Source: Octopus sinensis
Taxonomy: Eukaryota
Length of the DNA stretch: 64,000 nt
Assembly: GCF_006345805.1 (NCBI RefSeq)
Contig: NC_043001.1
Location: forward strand, 17,856,001-17,920,000
Direction of reading: 5' to 3'
In this document: one piece after another, positions 11,801-25,384 of the stretch
Layout: every line of letters begins with the position of its first letter
How positions within the stretch are numbered: position 1 is the stretch's first letter
Made by a program: the position numbers and the translations under genes
Notes under the pieces: model-generated
What the model saw: the letters and a program-made list of their open reading frames with translations, nothing else
Database searches by the model: none
What the model was told of the DNA's origin: nothing

Positions 11801-14800
11801 GTTGAAAACAAACCCGGAATATCAAAAGTAAATGAAATCAATAGGGAAGGTATGAAAAACAAAAGAAAATTAAATAGAAAATCCGGGTATCGATCCCGGT
11901 ACCTCTCGCATGCAAAGCGAGCGCTCTACCATCTGAGCTAATTCCCCCTTCCACAGGGGGCTGATGTTAGATAAATATGAAAGGTTGAAAACAAACCCGG
12001 AATATCAAAAGTAAGTGAAATCAATAGGCATGTTATGAAAAACAAAAGAAACTTCAATGGAGAATCCGGGTATCGATCCCGGTACCTCTCGCATGCAAAG
12101 CGAGCGCTCTACCATCTGAGCTAATTCCCCCTTCCACAGAGGGCTGATGTTAGATAAATATGAAAGGTTGAAAACAAACCCGGAATATCAAAAGTAAGTG
12201 AAATCAATAGGCATGTTATGAAAAACAAAAGAAACTTCAATGGAGAATCCGGGTATCGATCCCGGTACCTCTCGCATGCAAAGCGAGCGATCTACCATCT
12301 GAGCTAATTCCCCCATCCACAGGTTGCTGATGTTAGATAAATATGAAAGGTTGAAAACAAACCCGGAATATCAAACGTAAATGAAATCAATAGGCAAGTT
12401 ATGAAAAACAAAAGAAACTTCAATGGAGAATCCGGGTATCGATCCCGGTACCTCTCGCATGCAAATCGAGCGCTCTACCATCTGAGCCAATTCCACCCTC
12501 CACAGGTTGCTGATGTTAGATAAATAATAAAAAACAAAACACGGAATATCAAACGTAAATGAAATCAATAGGCAAGTTATGAAAAACAAATGAAACTTCA
12601 ATGGAGAATCCGGGTATCGATCCCGGTACCTCTCGCATGCAAAGCGAGCGCTCTACCATCTGAGCTAATTCCCCATGTTGCTGATGTTAGATAAATATGA
12701 AAGTTGAAAACGAACCCGGAATATCAAACGTAAATGTAATCAATAAGCAAGTTATGAAAAACAAAAGAAACTTCAATGGAGAATCCGGGTATCGATCCCG
12801 GTACCTCTCGCATGCAAAGCGAGCGCTCTACCATCTGAGCTAATTCCCCCATCACAGGTTGCTGATGTTAGATAAATATGAAAGGTTGAAAACAAACCCG
12901 GAATATCAAACGTGAATGTAATCAATAGGCAAGTTATGAAAAACAAAAGAAACTTCAATGGAGAATCCGGGTATCGATCCCGGTACCTCTCGCATGCAAA
13001 ACGAGCGCTCTACCATCTGAGCCAATTCCCCCCTCCACAGGTTGCTGATGTTAGATAAATATGAAACGTTGAAAACAAACCCGGAATATCAAACGTCAAT
13101 GAAATCAATAAGCATGTTATGAAAAACAAAAGAAACTTCAATGGAGAATCCGGGTATCGATCCCGGTACCTCTCGCATGCAAAGCGAGCGCTCTACCATC
13201 TGAGCCAATTCCCCCCTCCACAGGTTGCTGATGTTAGATAAATATGAAAAGTTGAAAACAAACCCGGAATATCAAACGTAAATGAAATCAATAGGCAAGT
13301 TATGAAAAACAAATGAAACTTCAATGGAGAAACCGGGTATCGATCCCGGTACCCCTCGCATGCAAAGCGAGCGCTCTACCATCCGAACTAATTCCCCATG
13401 TTGCTGATGTTAGATAAATATGAAAAGTTGAAAACGAACCCGGAATATCAAACGTAAATGTAATCAATAAGCAAGTTATGAAAAACAAAAGAAACTTCAA
13501 TGGAGAATCCGGGTATCGATCCCGGTACCTCTCGCATGCAAAGCGAGCGCTCTACCATCTGAGCTAATTCCCCCTTCCACAGGTTGCTGATGTTAGATAA
13601 ATATGAAAAGTTGAAAACAAACCCGGAATATCAAACGTAAATGAAATCAATAGGCAAGTTATGAAAAACAAAAGAAACTTCAATGGAGAATCCGGGTATC
13701 GATCCCGGTACCTCTCGCATGCAAAGCGAGCGCTCTACCATCTGAGCTAATTCCCCATGTTGCTGATGTTAGATAAATATGAAAAGTTGAAAACGAACCC
13801 GGAATATCAAACGTAAATGTAATCAATAAGCAAGTTATGAAAAACAAAAGAAACTTCAATGGAGAATCCGGGTATCGATCCCGGTACCTCTCGCATGCAA
13901 AGCGAGCGCTCTACCATCTGAGCTAATTCCCCCATCACAGGTTGCTGATGTTAGATAAATATGAAAGGTTGAAAACAAACCCGGAATATCAAACGTGAAT
14001 ATAATCAATAGGCAAGTTATGAAAAACAAAAGAAACTTCAATGGAGAATCCGGGTATCGATCCCGGTACCTCTCGCATGCAAAACGAGCGCTCTACCATC
14101 TGAGCCAATTCCCCCCTCCACAGGTTGCTGATGTTAGATAAATATGAAACGTTGAAAACAAACCCGGAATATCAAACGTCAATGAAATCAATAAGCATGT
14201 TATGAAAAACAAAAGAAACTTCAATGGAGAATCCGGGTATCGATCCCGGTACCTCTCGCATGCAAAGCGAGCGCTCTACCATCTGAGCCAATTCCCCCCT
14301 CCACAGGTTGCTGATGTTAGATAAATATGAAAAGTGAAAACACAAACCCGGAATATCAAACGTAATGAAATCAATAGGCAAGTTATGAAAAACAAATGAA
14401 ACTTCAATGGAGAAACCGGGTATCGATCCCGGTACCCCTCGCATGCAAAGCGAGCGCTCTACCATCCGAACTAATTCCCCATGTTGCTGATGTTAGATAA
14501 ATATGAAAAGTTGAAAACGAACCCGGAATATCAAACGTAAATGTAATCAATAAGCAAGTTATGAAAAACAAAAGAAACTTCAATGGAGAATCCGGGTATC
14601 GATCCCGGTACCTCTCGCATGCAAAGCGAGCGCTCTACCATCTGAGCTAATTCCCCCTTCCACAGGTTGCTGATGTTAGATAAATATGAAAAGTTGAAAA
14701 CAAACCCGGAATATCAAACGTAAATGAAATCAATAGGCAAGTTATGAAAAACAAAAGAAACTTCAATGGAGAATCCGGGTATCGATCCCGGTACCTCTCG

Positions 14801-15554
14801 CATGCAAAGCGAGCGCTCTACCATCTGAGCTAATTCCCCATGTTGCTGATGTTAGATAAATATGAAAAGTTGAAAACGAACCCGGAATATCAAACGTAAA
14901 TGTAATCAATAAGCAAGTTATGAAAAACAAAAGAAACTTCAATGGAGAATCCGGGTATCGATCCCGGTACCCCTCGCATGCAAAGCGAGCGCTCTACCAT
15001 CTGAGCTAATTCCCCCTTCCACAGGTTGCTGATGTTAGATAAATATGAAAGTTGAAAACAAACCCGGAATATCAAACGTAAATGAAATCAATAGGCAAGT
15101 TATGAAAAACAAATGAAACTTCAATGGAGAATCCGGGTATCGATCCCGGTACCTCTCGCATGCAAAGCGAGCGCTCTACCATCTGAGCTAATTCCCCATG
15201 TTGCTGATGTTAGATAAATGAAAAGTTGAAAACGAACCCGGAATATCAAACGTAAATGTAATCAATAAGCAAGTTATGAAAAACAAAAGAAACTTCAATG
15301 GAGAATCCGGGTATCGATCCCGGTACCTCTCGCATGCAAAGCGAGCGCTCTACCATCTGAGCTAATTCCCCCTTCCACAGGTTGCTGATGTTAGATAAAT
15401 ATGAAAAGTTGAAAACAAACCCGGAATATCAAACGTAAATGAAATCAATAGGCAAGTTATGAAAAACAAATGAAACTTCAATGGAGAATCCGGGTATCGA
15501 TCCCGGTACCTATCGCATGCAAAGCGAGCGCTGTACCATCTGAGCTAATTCCCC
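5873..15554 (-). tRNA. Homogeneous tandem array of about 54 tRNA-Ala(TGC) genes, unit 176-183 bp
   Basis: TGGAGAATCCGGGTATCGATCCCGGTACCTCTCGCATGCAAAGCGAGCGCTCTACCATCTGAGCTAATTCCCC recurs from 5873 to 15482; each gene is followed on the minus strand by TTTCTTTTGTTTTT (Pol III terminator-like); many copies exact, others with 1-5 changes. Confidence 0.95.
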
Positions 15555-16261
15555 ATTCCACAGGCTTTCGAATGTAAATAAAATGGAATGAAGTAATAGA
15601 CAAGTTATTAAAACAAAAATAGCTGCAGTGGAGAATCTGGGCATTGATCCCGTACCTCTCGCATGCAAAGCGAGCGCTCTACCACCTTAATTAATCCACC
15701 TGGACAGCTGCAGCGAACGATTTTGTGCATATGAAATGTTGAAAATGAAATCAAGTGATAGACAAGTTATTAAAAACAAAAGCAGCGTTATTGGAGAATA
15801 CGGATATCGAACCCGCTAGCTCTCGTATGCCAAATAAGCGCACTACCACTTGAGCTGAACCTCCCTGTTGGCAACCATGGACGTTTGTTATGCATATGAA
15901 AACAAAAACAAATCATAGAACTTAAAACGTATAAGGTGCCCAAATAACAGACAACGAAATTAATTTCACAGGGAAATCCGGTTATTTTCTATTACTTCTC
16001 ACACGTAAAGCGAGCGTTCTGCCAACAGAGCCAGTTTCATGGTTAGTAATTATGGCTTTTGTTATGTATATTAAAATGACAAAAGAAGCCGGAATTTCGA
16101 AAGTAATGTTATGAAAATGCAACGCAGCTTTCCTGAAGAATCCGGGAATTGACACCGGTGCCTCTCGTATGTAAAGCGTAACAAACAAAAGTATTTTTTA
16201 TGATATTCCGGGTTGGTTTTCAACTTTTCATATGGATAACAAACAACCTAATCTGTCAACT

Positions 16262-16334
16262 TGGGAATTAGCTCAGATGGTAGAGCGCTCGCTTTGCATG
16301 CGAGAGGTACCGGGATCGATACCCGGATTCTCCA
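16262..16334 (+). tRNA. tRNA-Ala(TGC), G1>T variant
   Basis: Identical to consensus except the first base. Confidence 0.75.
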
Positions 16335-16779
16335 ACAAATCTTCCTTCGTTTTCAGTAATTTGTTAATTGCTATATTTCATTTTCATTTAGTTTTGAAAT
16401 TCGGGAATTTAAAAAAATTCATATACATAACAAAACTGACGCTCACCAGGGAATTGTCTCAGACGGCAGAGTGCTCAACTTGCATAGTAGAGTTACCGTT
16501 ATCAATGCCATCATTCTCCAATGGCGCTGCTTTGTCTTTAATAACTTGTCTATTACATGATATCTTTTTCGATTTCTTTTGAATTTCTGGGGCTTTTAAA
16601 TAATATTCATATACATAGCAAAACCTATATTTACTCAGCATAGAATTAGCTCACGATGTAGGGCACTCGCTTTACATGCGATATGTACCGGGAGCAGCTC
16701 ACGGATTCTCCAGTAATATGACTTTTGCTTCCATATCTTATCTCTTGTTTCATTTCATTTTCATTTTATTTTTTAAATA

Positions 16780-17008
16780 CTCTCTTTACTCTTTTACTGG
16801 TTTCAGTCATTTGACTGCGGCCATGCTGGAGCACCGCCTTTTTAGTCGAGCAAATCGACCCCAGGACTTATTCTTTGGAAGCCTAGTACTTATTCTATCG
16901 GTCTCTTTTGCAGGATCACTAAGTTACGGGGATGTAAACACACCAGCATTGGTTTTATTAGCGATGTTGGGGGACAAACACAGACACACAGCACACACAC
17001 ACACATAC

Positions 17009-17095
<87 letters not shown>

Positions 17096-17262
17096 TATAT
17101 ACGACGGGCTACTTTCAGTTTCCGTCTCCCAAATCCACTCACAAGGCTTTGGTCGGCCCGAGGTTATAGTAGAAGACACTTGTCCAAGGTGTCACGCAGT
17201 GGGACTGAACCCGGAACCATGTTGTTGGTAAGCAAGCTACTTACCACACAGCCACTCCTGCC
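16780..17262 (-). mobile_element. SINE family A
   Basis: Reverse complement of head, (TA)n core and tail. Confidence 0.8.
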
Positions 17263-18319
17263 GGTTTTTTTTTGGGGGGGGGGAATTTTCATATACACAA
17301 AAAAAACCTCTGTCTTTAATTCTGGGATGATTTTAAATTTTCATATACAAAACAAAAGCACATGATACGGCTTCAGTCACTGCCCGGGGAATTAGCTCCG
17401 GCTGTAGATCGCCTGCTTTGCATGTGAGAGGTGTCGGTATCAATACCATGATTTTCCAATTGAGATGCTTTGTTTTTAATAACTTGTCTATTGCTTGATA
17501 TCTTTCTCAATTTCTTTTGAATTTCTGGGTCTGGGAAACCTATATTTACTCAGCGTAGAATTAGCTCAGAATATAGGGCGCTCGTTTTGTATGCGGTATA
17601 TTACGGGATCAGCTCACGGTTTCTCCAGTAATACTACTTTTGTTTTGATATCTTGTCTCCTTTTTCACTTCATTTTCATTTACTTTTGAGATTCCCAGAT
17701 TTTTTCTTAAATTTTCATATACGTAAAAATACTCTTGTTTGTTAAGTGGGGAAATAATTGAGAGGGTAACGCGCTCGCTTTGTGTGCGGGTGGTTCCGAT
17801 ATCGATTCCCGGATTATTCAGGAATGCTGCCTTTCAATTTAATAACAATTGTTTTATTTCATATCATTTACTTTTGAAAATTCCGTTTTTTTTTTTCTTT
17901 CATTTCATAAAGAATCAAAAAATATACGTAACAAACGCCGGGGGTCACCAACCGGCAAATTGGTTCTTTGGTAGATCCCTCGCTTTGCATGTGTGAGATA
18001 CCAGGATCAATGTCCGGGAATCTCCAGTGAAACTAATCTAGTTACCTATAAGTTGATTTCATTTTCATATATGTTTTAAATTCTGCGATTTTTTTTTTCA
18101 TATGCATTACAAACATCCACGGCCGCTAGGGGGTAGTATAGCTCAAGTGATAGTGCGCTCGATTGGCATGCCAGAGGTACGGGGATCGATGTCCACATTC
18201 ACCAATAATGCTACTTTTGTTTTTAATAACTTGTCTATTACTTGATTTCATTTAGTTTTGATATTCCGGCTTTGTTTCGAACATTTCATATGCACAACAA
18301 ACGTCCGAGGTAGTTGTCC

Positions 18320-18392
18320 GGGGAATTAGCTCAGATGGTAGAGCGCTCGCTTTGCATGCGAGAGGTACCGGGATCGATACCCGGATTCTCCA
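18320..18392 (+). tRNA. tRNA-Ala(TGC), intact
   Basis: Exact consensus; T-run follows. Confidence 0.95.
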
Positions 18393-19232
18393 TTAAGACT
18401 TTTTTTCATTTTATTAAATATTCATATATATATTACTAAAAGCCTCTTAATTTGGCTCTTAACTTGGGAATTAGCCCAGGTAGTAGATCTCTTGTCTTTC
18501 GTGCGAGAAGTATCGGGGTCGGGCCCGGATTCTCAAAAAAAGTTTCTTTTGTTTTTAATAACTTGTCTATTACATTATTTCATTTACTTTTGATATTCCG
18601 GGTTTGTTTTCAAGTTTTCGTATGCATAACAAACGTCTGTTCCCTCAGACGGGGAAGTATCTCAGATGGTAGAGCGCTCACTTTGCATGCGAGAGGTCCC
18701 GCGGTCTATACCCAGTTTCTCCAACGAATCTTCTTCCGTTCTTAATTTATATTTTATTTCATTTCAATTTAGTTATGAAATTCGGGATTTTTTAAAAATT
18801 GTCATAGATATCACAAAATCCTTTGAGCGCCAACCTAGGAATTATCTCAGACGGTAGATCGGTCGCTTTACATGTGGAAGGTGACGGTACCAATGCTATG
18901 ATTCTCCCCCATGTCTATTACTTGAAGTCTTTCGCAATTTCTCTTGAATTTCCGAGGATTATTTTAAATATTCTTATCCATAACAAATCCTATGTTTGCT
19001 CAACATAGAATTAGCTCAGAATATACAACGTGCAGATTGCATGCGATATGTACCGGGATCAGTACACGGATTCTCCAAAAGTGATTTTCTTCTGAGAGGT
19101 ACCGGGATCGAAGTCCGGATTCTCCACTGGAACTAATTTCGTTTTCAATAACTTGTCAATTACTTGAGTTCGATTTCAATTGCTTTTTAAATTCCACGAT
19201 TTTTTTTTTTTTTGTAATTTTCATATACATAT

Positions 19233-19404
19233 AGGCGCAGGAGTGGCTGTGTGGTAAGTAGCTTGCTTACCAACCACTTGATTCTGGGTTCTGTCCCACT
19301 GCTTGGCACCTTGGGCATGTGTCTTCTACTATAGCCTCGAGTCGACCAAACTTGTGAGTGGATTCGGTAAACGGAAACTGAAAGAAGCCCGTCGTATATA
19401 TGTA

Positions 19405-19460
<56 letters not shown>

Positions 19461-19650
19461 TGCGTTTGTCCTCCCACAATAGTTTGACAACCGATATTGG
19501 TGTGTTTAAGTCTCCGTAACTCAGCAGTTCGGCAAAAGTAGCCGATAGAATAAGTACTAGGCATACAAAGAATAAGTCCTGGGGTCGATTTGTTCCACCA
19601 ACGCTGGTGCTCCAGCATGGCCGCAGTCAAAAAACTGAAAAAAAAAAAAG
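19233..19650 (+). mobile_element. SINE family A
   Basis: ggcgcaggagtggctgtgtgg head, (GT)n, tail ending in an A-run. Confidence 0.8.
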
Positions 19651-19734
19651 AATGCATCACAAACACCGATAGTCGCTTACCGGGAGTTTGTCTCAAGTGG
19701 TGGAAGGCTCGTTCTGCATGATAGAGACGTACCG

Positions 19735-20141
19735 GATGTCTTATGAAGAAAGGCTGAAGACGCTCGACCTTTATTCTCTAGAAAAACGACGGCGCCGTGG
19801 AGATCTCATTCTTGCTCACAACATCATGAGCGGAAAGTGTAACCTCTCGAAAGGGCTGTTCTTCACTCCTGCTTCAGAGCGTCGGCTGCGGGGTCACTCC
19901 GAAAAGCTCTATCTGTGATGATTTCATCTCAATCGAAGGAGAGGGGCTTTCTCCGTCCGGGTTGCGGATCCGTGGAATAAGCTGCTGGACGAGATGGTGA
20001 AGATGTCGACGGCCGCTCGGTTCAAAGTCTCCCTTGACCACAAATGGCCTGAACTCTTTGCATGAACACCACCCTGTACATAACTCCATGTCCTCCTACT
20101 TGCTTTTTGCTTTTTGAGCCAAAAAATTAACTTAACTTACT
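19735..20141 (+). mobile_element. 3' fragment of CR1-like LINE
   Basis: SYEERLKTLDLYSLEKRRRRGDLI; closely similar to 46012-46400; short (AACTT)n tail; interrupts a tRNA pseudogene. Confidence 0.85.
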
Positions 20142-20246
20142 TCCGATCTCATTAAGCTGTCTATTACTTGCTTTCATTTAGTTTTCATATTCCGGCTTTG
20201 TTTCCAGCATTTCATATGCACAACAAACGACCGAAGTTTGCCGGCT

Positions 20247-20319
20247 GGGGAATTAGCTCAGATGGTAGAGCGCTCGCTTAGCATGCGAGAGGTACCGGGA
20301 TCGATACCCGGATTCTCCA
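20247..20319 (+). tRNA. tRNA-Ala(AGC), intact
   Basis: Same body, loop TT-AGC-AT. Confidence 0.95.
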
Positions 20320-20675
20320 ATATAGTAAAGTGTTTTGATTTTGTCGAGTTATATCGAAAGAATGCCCTTATTTTCCTTTAATTTTGAAATTCCAGGATTT
20401 TTTTTTCAAATTTTCGTATAAGAAAAAACAATTATGTTGCTAACTGGGGAATTATCTCAGATACTCTCGTATACATAACAAATTCTATCAGCGACCGGGT
20501 TCAGACGGTAGAGCGCTCGCTTTGAATGTGAGAGTTACCGGGATCGATAACCAGATTCTCCAATGAAGCTACTTTTATTCTTAATAACTTGTATTTTCCT
20601 TCATTTCATTTACATTTCAAATTCAAGGTTTATTTTTATTTTCATATACATAACAAAAAGTTTTGATCCCTAACC

Positions 20676-20748
20676 GGGGAATTAGCTCAGTTGGTAGAGC
20701 GCTCGCTTTGCATGCGAGAGGTACCGGGATCGATATCCGGATTCTCCA
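20676..20748 (+). tRNA. tRNA-Ala(TGC), two substitutions
   Basis: D-loop CAGTTGG, T-stem ATATCCGG variant. Confidence 0.8.
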
Positions 20749-20928
20749 ACGACGTGTAATTCGTTTTTAATAATTTGTCTATTACTCGATTTCATTTTCA
20801 TATAGTTTTGAAATTCTGAGGATTTTCTTTTTAAATTTTCATAAACCATTGGTCACTAATCGGGCAATTAGCTTTCATGAGAAATCAAGTAGTACAAAAA
20901 ACATTAATTAAATCAAAAGTATCTGCCT

Positions 20929-21001
20929 TGGAGAATCCGGGCATCGATCCCGGTACCTCTCGCATGCTAAGCGAGCGCTCTACCATCTGAGCTAATTCCC
21001 C
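20929..21001 (-). tRNA. tRNA-Ala(AGC), intact
   Basis: catgctaag on the plus strand equals TT-AGC-AT; single inverted unit. Confidence 0.95.
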
Positions 21002-21275
21002 AGACCATCCAATGAAGCTACTTTCGTTTTTAATATCTCGTCTGTTACTTGATTTCATTTAGTTTTGAAACACAATGGATTTTTAAAAAAAATTTATATG
21101 TGTATAACAAAAGCCTGTAAACGCTGACCAGGTGGTAGAGTGCTCACCTTGCATGCGAGAGGTACATGATCGATGCCCAGATTCTCCAATGAACTTACTT
21201 TTGTTTTTAATAACTTCTAAATTACTTTATTTCAATGAGTTTTGATATTCCGTATTTGTTTTGAATTTCTCGTAT

Positions 21276-21423
21276 GCGAGTGGCTGTGTGCTAACCAACC
21301 ACATGGTTCCGGGTTCAGTCCCACTGCGTGGCACCTTGGGCAAATGTCTTCTGCTATAGCCCCGGGCCGACCAATGCCTTGTGAGTGGATTTGGTAGACG
21401 GAAACTGAAAGAAGCCTGTTGTA

Positions 21424-21501
<78 letters not shown>

Positions 21502-21702
21502 TGTGTTTGTCCCCCTAGCATTGCTTGACAACCGATGCTGGTGTGTTTACGTCCCCGTCACTTAGCGGTTCAGCAAAAGAGACCGATAGAATAAGTACTG
21601 GGCTTACAAAGTATAAGTCCCTGGGTCGATTTGCTCGACTAAAGGCGGTGCTCCAGCATGGCCGCAGTCAAATGACTGAAACAAGTAAAAGAGTAAAAGA
21701 GT
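21276..21702 (+). mobile_element. SINE family A
   Basis: Head with small deletion, (TA)n(GT)n, tail gtaaaagagtaaaagag. Confidence 0.8.
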
Positions 21703-22112
21703 ATATGATACACATTGTGTCAGTGACCGGGAAATTTGCTCAGATGGTAGAACACTCGCTTTGCATGCGAGAGTTTCCTAGTTCAATACCTGTACTTTTC
21801 AATGAAGTTTCTTTTTGCTTTTAATAACTTGCCAATAATTTGATTTCATTTTCATTTAGTTTTAAAATTCCGGGATCTTTTAAAAATATTTCGTATACAT
21901 AGAGAAATCCTTTATTTGCTAACCAGAGAATTATTTTAGATGGTAGGCCGATCGCTTTGCACGCGAAAGGTACCGAGATCAATGTCCGCATTCTCCAATA
22001 ATACTACTTTTGTTTTTAATGACTCGTCTATTACTTGATTTCATTTAGTTTTGATAGTCCGGCTTTGTTTCCAACACTTCATATGCAGGACAAACGTCTA
22101 GAATCACCGAAC

Positions 22113-22185
22113 GGGGAATTAGCTCAGATGGTAGAGCGCTCGCTTAGCATGCGAGAGGTACCGGGATCGATACCCGGATTCTCCA
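22113..22185 (+). tRNA. tRNA-Ala(AGC), intact
   Basis: Exact body with AGC anticodon. Confidence 0.95.
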
Positions 22186-24077
22186 AGGACGATACTTTTG
22201 ATTTAATTAATGTTTTTTCTACTACTTGATTTCTTTTGCATTTAGCTTCGAAATTCCGGATTCTTTAAAACCTATAGTTGGTTCTGCGGAGTTAGTCAGC
22301 TTGTGGAACGCTTATTTTGCGTGTGCCACAGGTACCTAGATCGATGCTCGGATTCTACAATGAATTTTCTTTAAGTTTTAATATCTTGTCTATTACTTGA
22401 TTTCATTTTCTTTTGGTATTAAAATTGTCATATGCACATGATACGCATTCAATCTTTAAAGTGCTCGCTTTGCATGTTAGAGGTACCGGGATCGATATAC
22501 GGTTTCTCCAATGAAGCTACTTTTGTTTTTAATAACTTGCTTATTGCTTCATTTCATTTTCATTTACATTTGAAATTCCGAGATATTTTTTTTCATATAC
22601 ATATCAAAAACATCTGGCCCCTAACCGGGGAATTAGCTGTGTTTCACTAATATAATTATTACTTCATTTCATTTCTTCAGCCTTGGGTTGGTTAACTTTT
22701 TCCTTTTCCATATGAAAAGGAAAATAAGGATGGATAGGAGATACCTGTCGCATGGAATATTTCTGAAAAGATGGACAACTGTAGCAAGAGTGTTGAGAGT
22801 AAATGAACTTGTTTGGACGAGAAATTAAAGAGTCTACCAAAGGATTCAGTGTTGGAATGTGGTTTGTGGGGTCGGCCACGTGCCTCACTTCATAATTGCT
22901 TTTTTCATTCATTTTTGTTTTTCATCCGAATTTTATACTTATTTATCCACGATTCTATAATTATATTTATCTTCATGCTGTTGTTCCATTTGTCCCCCGA
23001 CCCCTTGTCTGTCCTCGTATCGTCCACTTTTTTTCTTTTTTTTTTACCTTTATGTTGAATAAAGAAAAGAGATTTGAAATTCCGAGATTTTAAAAAAAAT
23101 TTTCATGTACATGACAAAAACTTATAATTGCTAACCGGGGGATTCTCTCTCGGGTGGTATGGCGCTCGCTATGCATGCGTGAGGAACAGGGATCGATGCT
23201 TGGATTCTCCAATGAAGCTACTTCTGTTTTTAATAACTTGTATACTTCATTTAATTTACTTTTGAAATTCCGGGTATTCTTTTTAATTTTCATATACACA
23301 GCAAAAAGCGGTATTTACTATCCGGGGAATTAGCTCAGGTGGTTGGACGCTCGCTTTGCATAGGTGATGTAGCGGGTTCGATGTCTGGATTCTCCAGTGT
23401 AGCTAATTTTGTTCTTAATAGCTTGAGTGAGATTGTTTTCATTTACTTTTGAAGTTCCGTTTTTTTTTTTGTTTTTTGATTTTTTGTTTTGTTTTAATTT
23501 TCATATCCACAGCAAAAACTAATAGTTGCTAACTGTGGAATTGTCTCAGAAGGTAGAGCGCCAGCTTTTCATGCGAGAGGTTCCGCGATCGATGCTACGA
23601 TTCTTCAATAAATCTTTTGTTTTTTAATATCTTGTGTGTTACTTGATTTCATTTCCATTTCCTCTAGAAATTCTATGATTTCATTAATTTTTATGTAAAT
23701 AACAAAAACTGATCGGTCCTAGCCGGTTCATTAGGGTGGACGATACAAGAACAGACAAGGGTTCGGGGGGACAAATGGAACAACAACATGAAAATAAACA
23801 TAATTATAGAATCGAGGATAAATAAACATAAACATAAATAGCTTTATTAGAAAATCCGAGCTTCAAACACGGTACTTCAGGAATGCATCGACCCCAGAGC
23901 TCAAATAGCGAATATTTTATTGACCCCGGAAGGGTGAAAGGCAAAGTCGACCTCGGCCGCTAAGTATTTCGCCCGGAGTGCTAACGATTCCGTCAGCTCG
24001 CCGCGTTTATTAACAAAGAATTAACACATTTATTAATAAAGTATTAATACATAAGAAAAGCCAGATCAGTAGGAGAT

Positions 24078-24150
24078 GGGGAATTAGCTCAGATGGTAGA
24101 GCGCTCGCTTTGCATGCGAGAGGTACCGGGATCGATACCCGGATTCTCCA
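24078..24150 (+). tRNA. tRNA-Ala(TGC), intact
   Basis: Exact consensus. Confidence 0.95.
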
Positions 24151-24264
24151 CATTACCCAACAATTTTGTTAATTCTAATATATTTGTTTTAGTTCTAATG
24201 TTTCAAAATTTGATACAAGGCCAGCAATTTCGAGTGAGGGTGTAAATCGATTACATGGGCTTGC

Positions 24265-24665
24265 ATTCCAACCACATGGCTCTGGGTTCAGTCCCACTGC
24301 AAATCTCATTGGGCAGGTGTATTCTGTCAAAGCCACGGCCGATCAAAGCCTGGCGAGTGGATTTGGTCGACGGAAAGTAGAAGCCCGTCGTATGCATACA
24401 CACATACATGTATATATGTATCTATATATCTACGTATGTATCTATGTGTGTGTGTTTCTGTGTCTGTTTTGTCTCCTACCACCGCTTGACGTCTGGTGTT
24501 GGTGTGTTTATGTCCCCGTAACTTAGCGTTTCGGCAGAAAGGACCGAGAGAATGAATGCAAGGCTTTGAAAAATAATGTCGTAGGGATAATTTGTTCGAC
24601 TGAAACCATTCAAGGCGGTGCTCCAGTATGGCCGCGATCAAATGACTGAAACTACTAACAGATAA
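24265..24665 (+). mobile_element. SINE family A, diverged
   Basis: Recognisable head, body and tail; inverted paralog at about 30235-30705. Confidence 0.7.
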
Positions 24666-25096
24666 AATATTATATATTGTATAGAGTAACAACACAGTTA
24701 CTATGGTGACGAAATAAACACTTACATACTCCCTTTGCCGAACCTCTTGTTGAGTGAGACGTAAATAAACCAACACCGGTCATTAAGTGGTGGTGGTGAC
24801 GGTGGACAAACACACGCACGCACATACAACACTCATATATACATACGAACAAGTACACACACACACACACAGGTACATAGTCTATGCTCAGCTTTTGCCG
24901 TCTCTCGACACTGAAACATGTCATCTGAAACATTCTGTATTTGAAGTCTTTCAGCTTTTATGAATTTGCAGTGATCAATAAACCGAATATATTCAGAAAA
25001 AGATAAATTTTGAACTTGTGTGTAATGTTGTTATATGTAAAACTGAAGCACACAAGAACCAAAAGTAAAAAAAAAAAAAAAATGAATGACATTGAT

Positions 25097-25169
25097 TGGA
25101 GAATCCGGGCATCGATCCCGGTACCTCTCGCATGCTAAGCGAGCGCTCTACCATCTGAGCTAATTCCCC
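25097..25169 (-). tRNA. tRNA-Ala(AGC), intact
   Basis: Reverse complement of full body, AGC. Confidence 0.95.
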
Positions 25170-25289
25170 AACGGTGATCCAGTTTCTCTGTTAGTATTTG
25201 AATATTAAAGCGTCGGCTGATTATGTCGTTTGCTTTTAGTCATCTTTCGATATTCGCGCCCGCTTGTGTGCGTGCGTGTGTGTGTGTGT

Positions 25290-25384
<95 letters not shown>

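Larger units (their letters stand above)
16186..23700 (+). repeat. Old degenerate tRNA-Ala array with interspersed intact genes and TE insertions
   Basis: tRNA-like bodies with the same spacer family at roughly 180-190 bp periodicity between insertions. Confidence 0.8.

Noticed and set aside
6967-15075. Repeated 61-97 aa ORFs (MKFLLFFITCLL..., MGELAQMVERS...)
   Set aside because: Translations of the tRNA and spacer; many use non-ATG starts; signal-peptide look comes from T-rich DNA
5873-15554. CRISPR-like periodic array
   Set aside because: Spacers are also repeated, the repeat is a full tRNA, there are no cas genes and the context is eukaryotic
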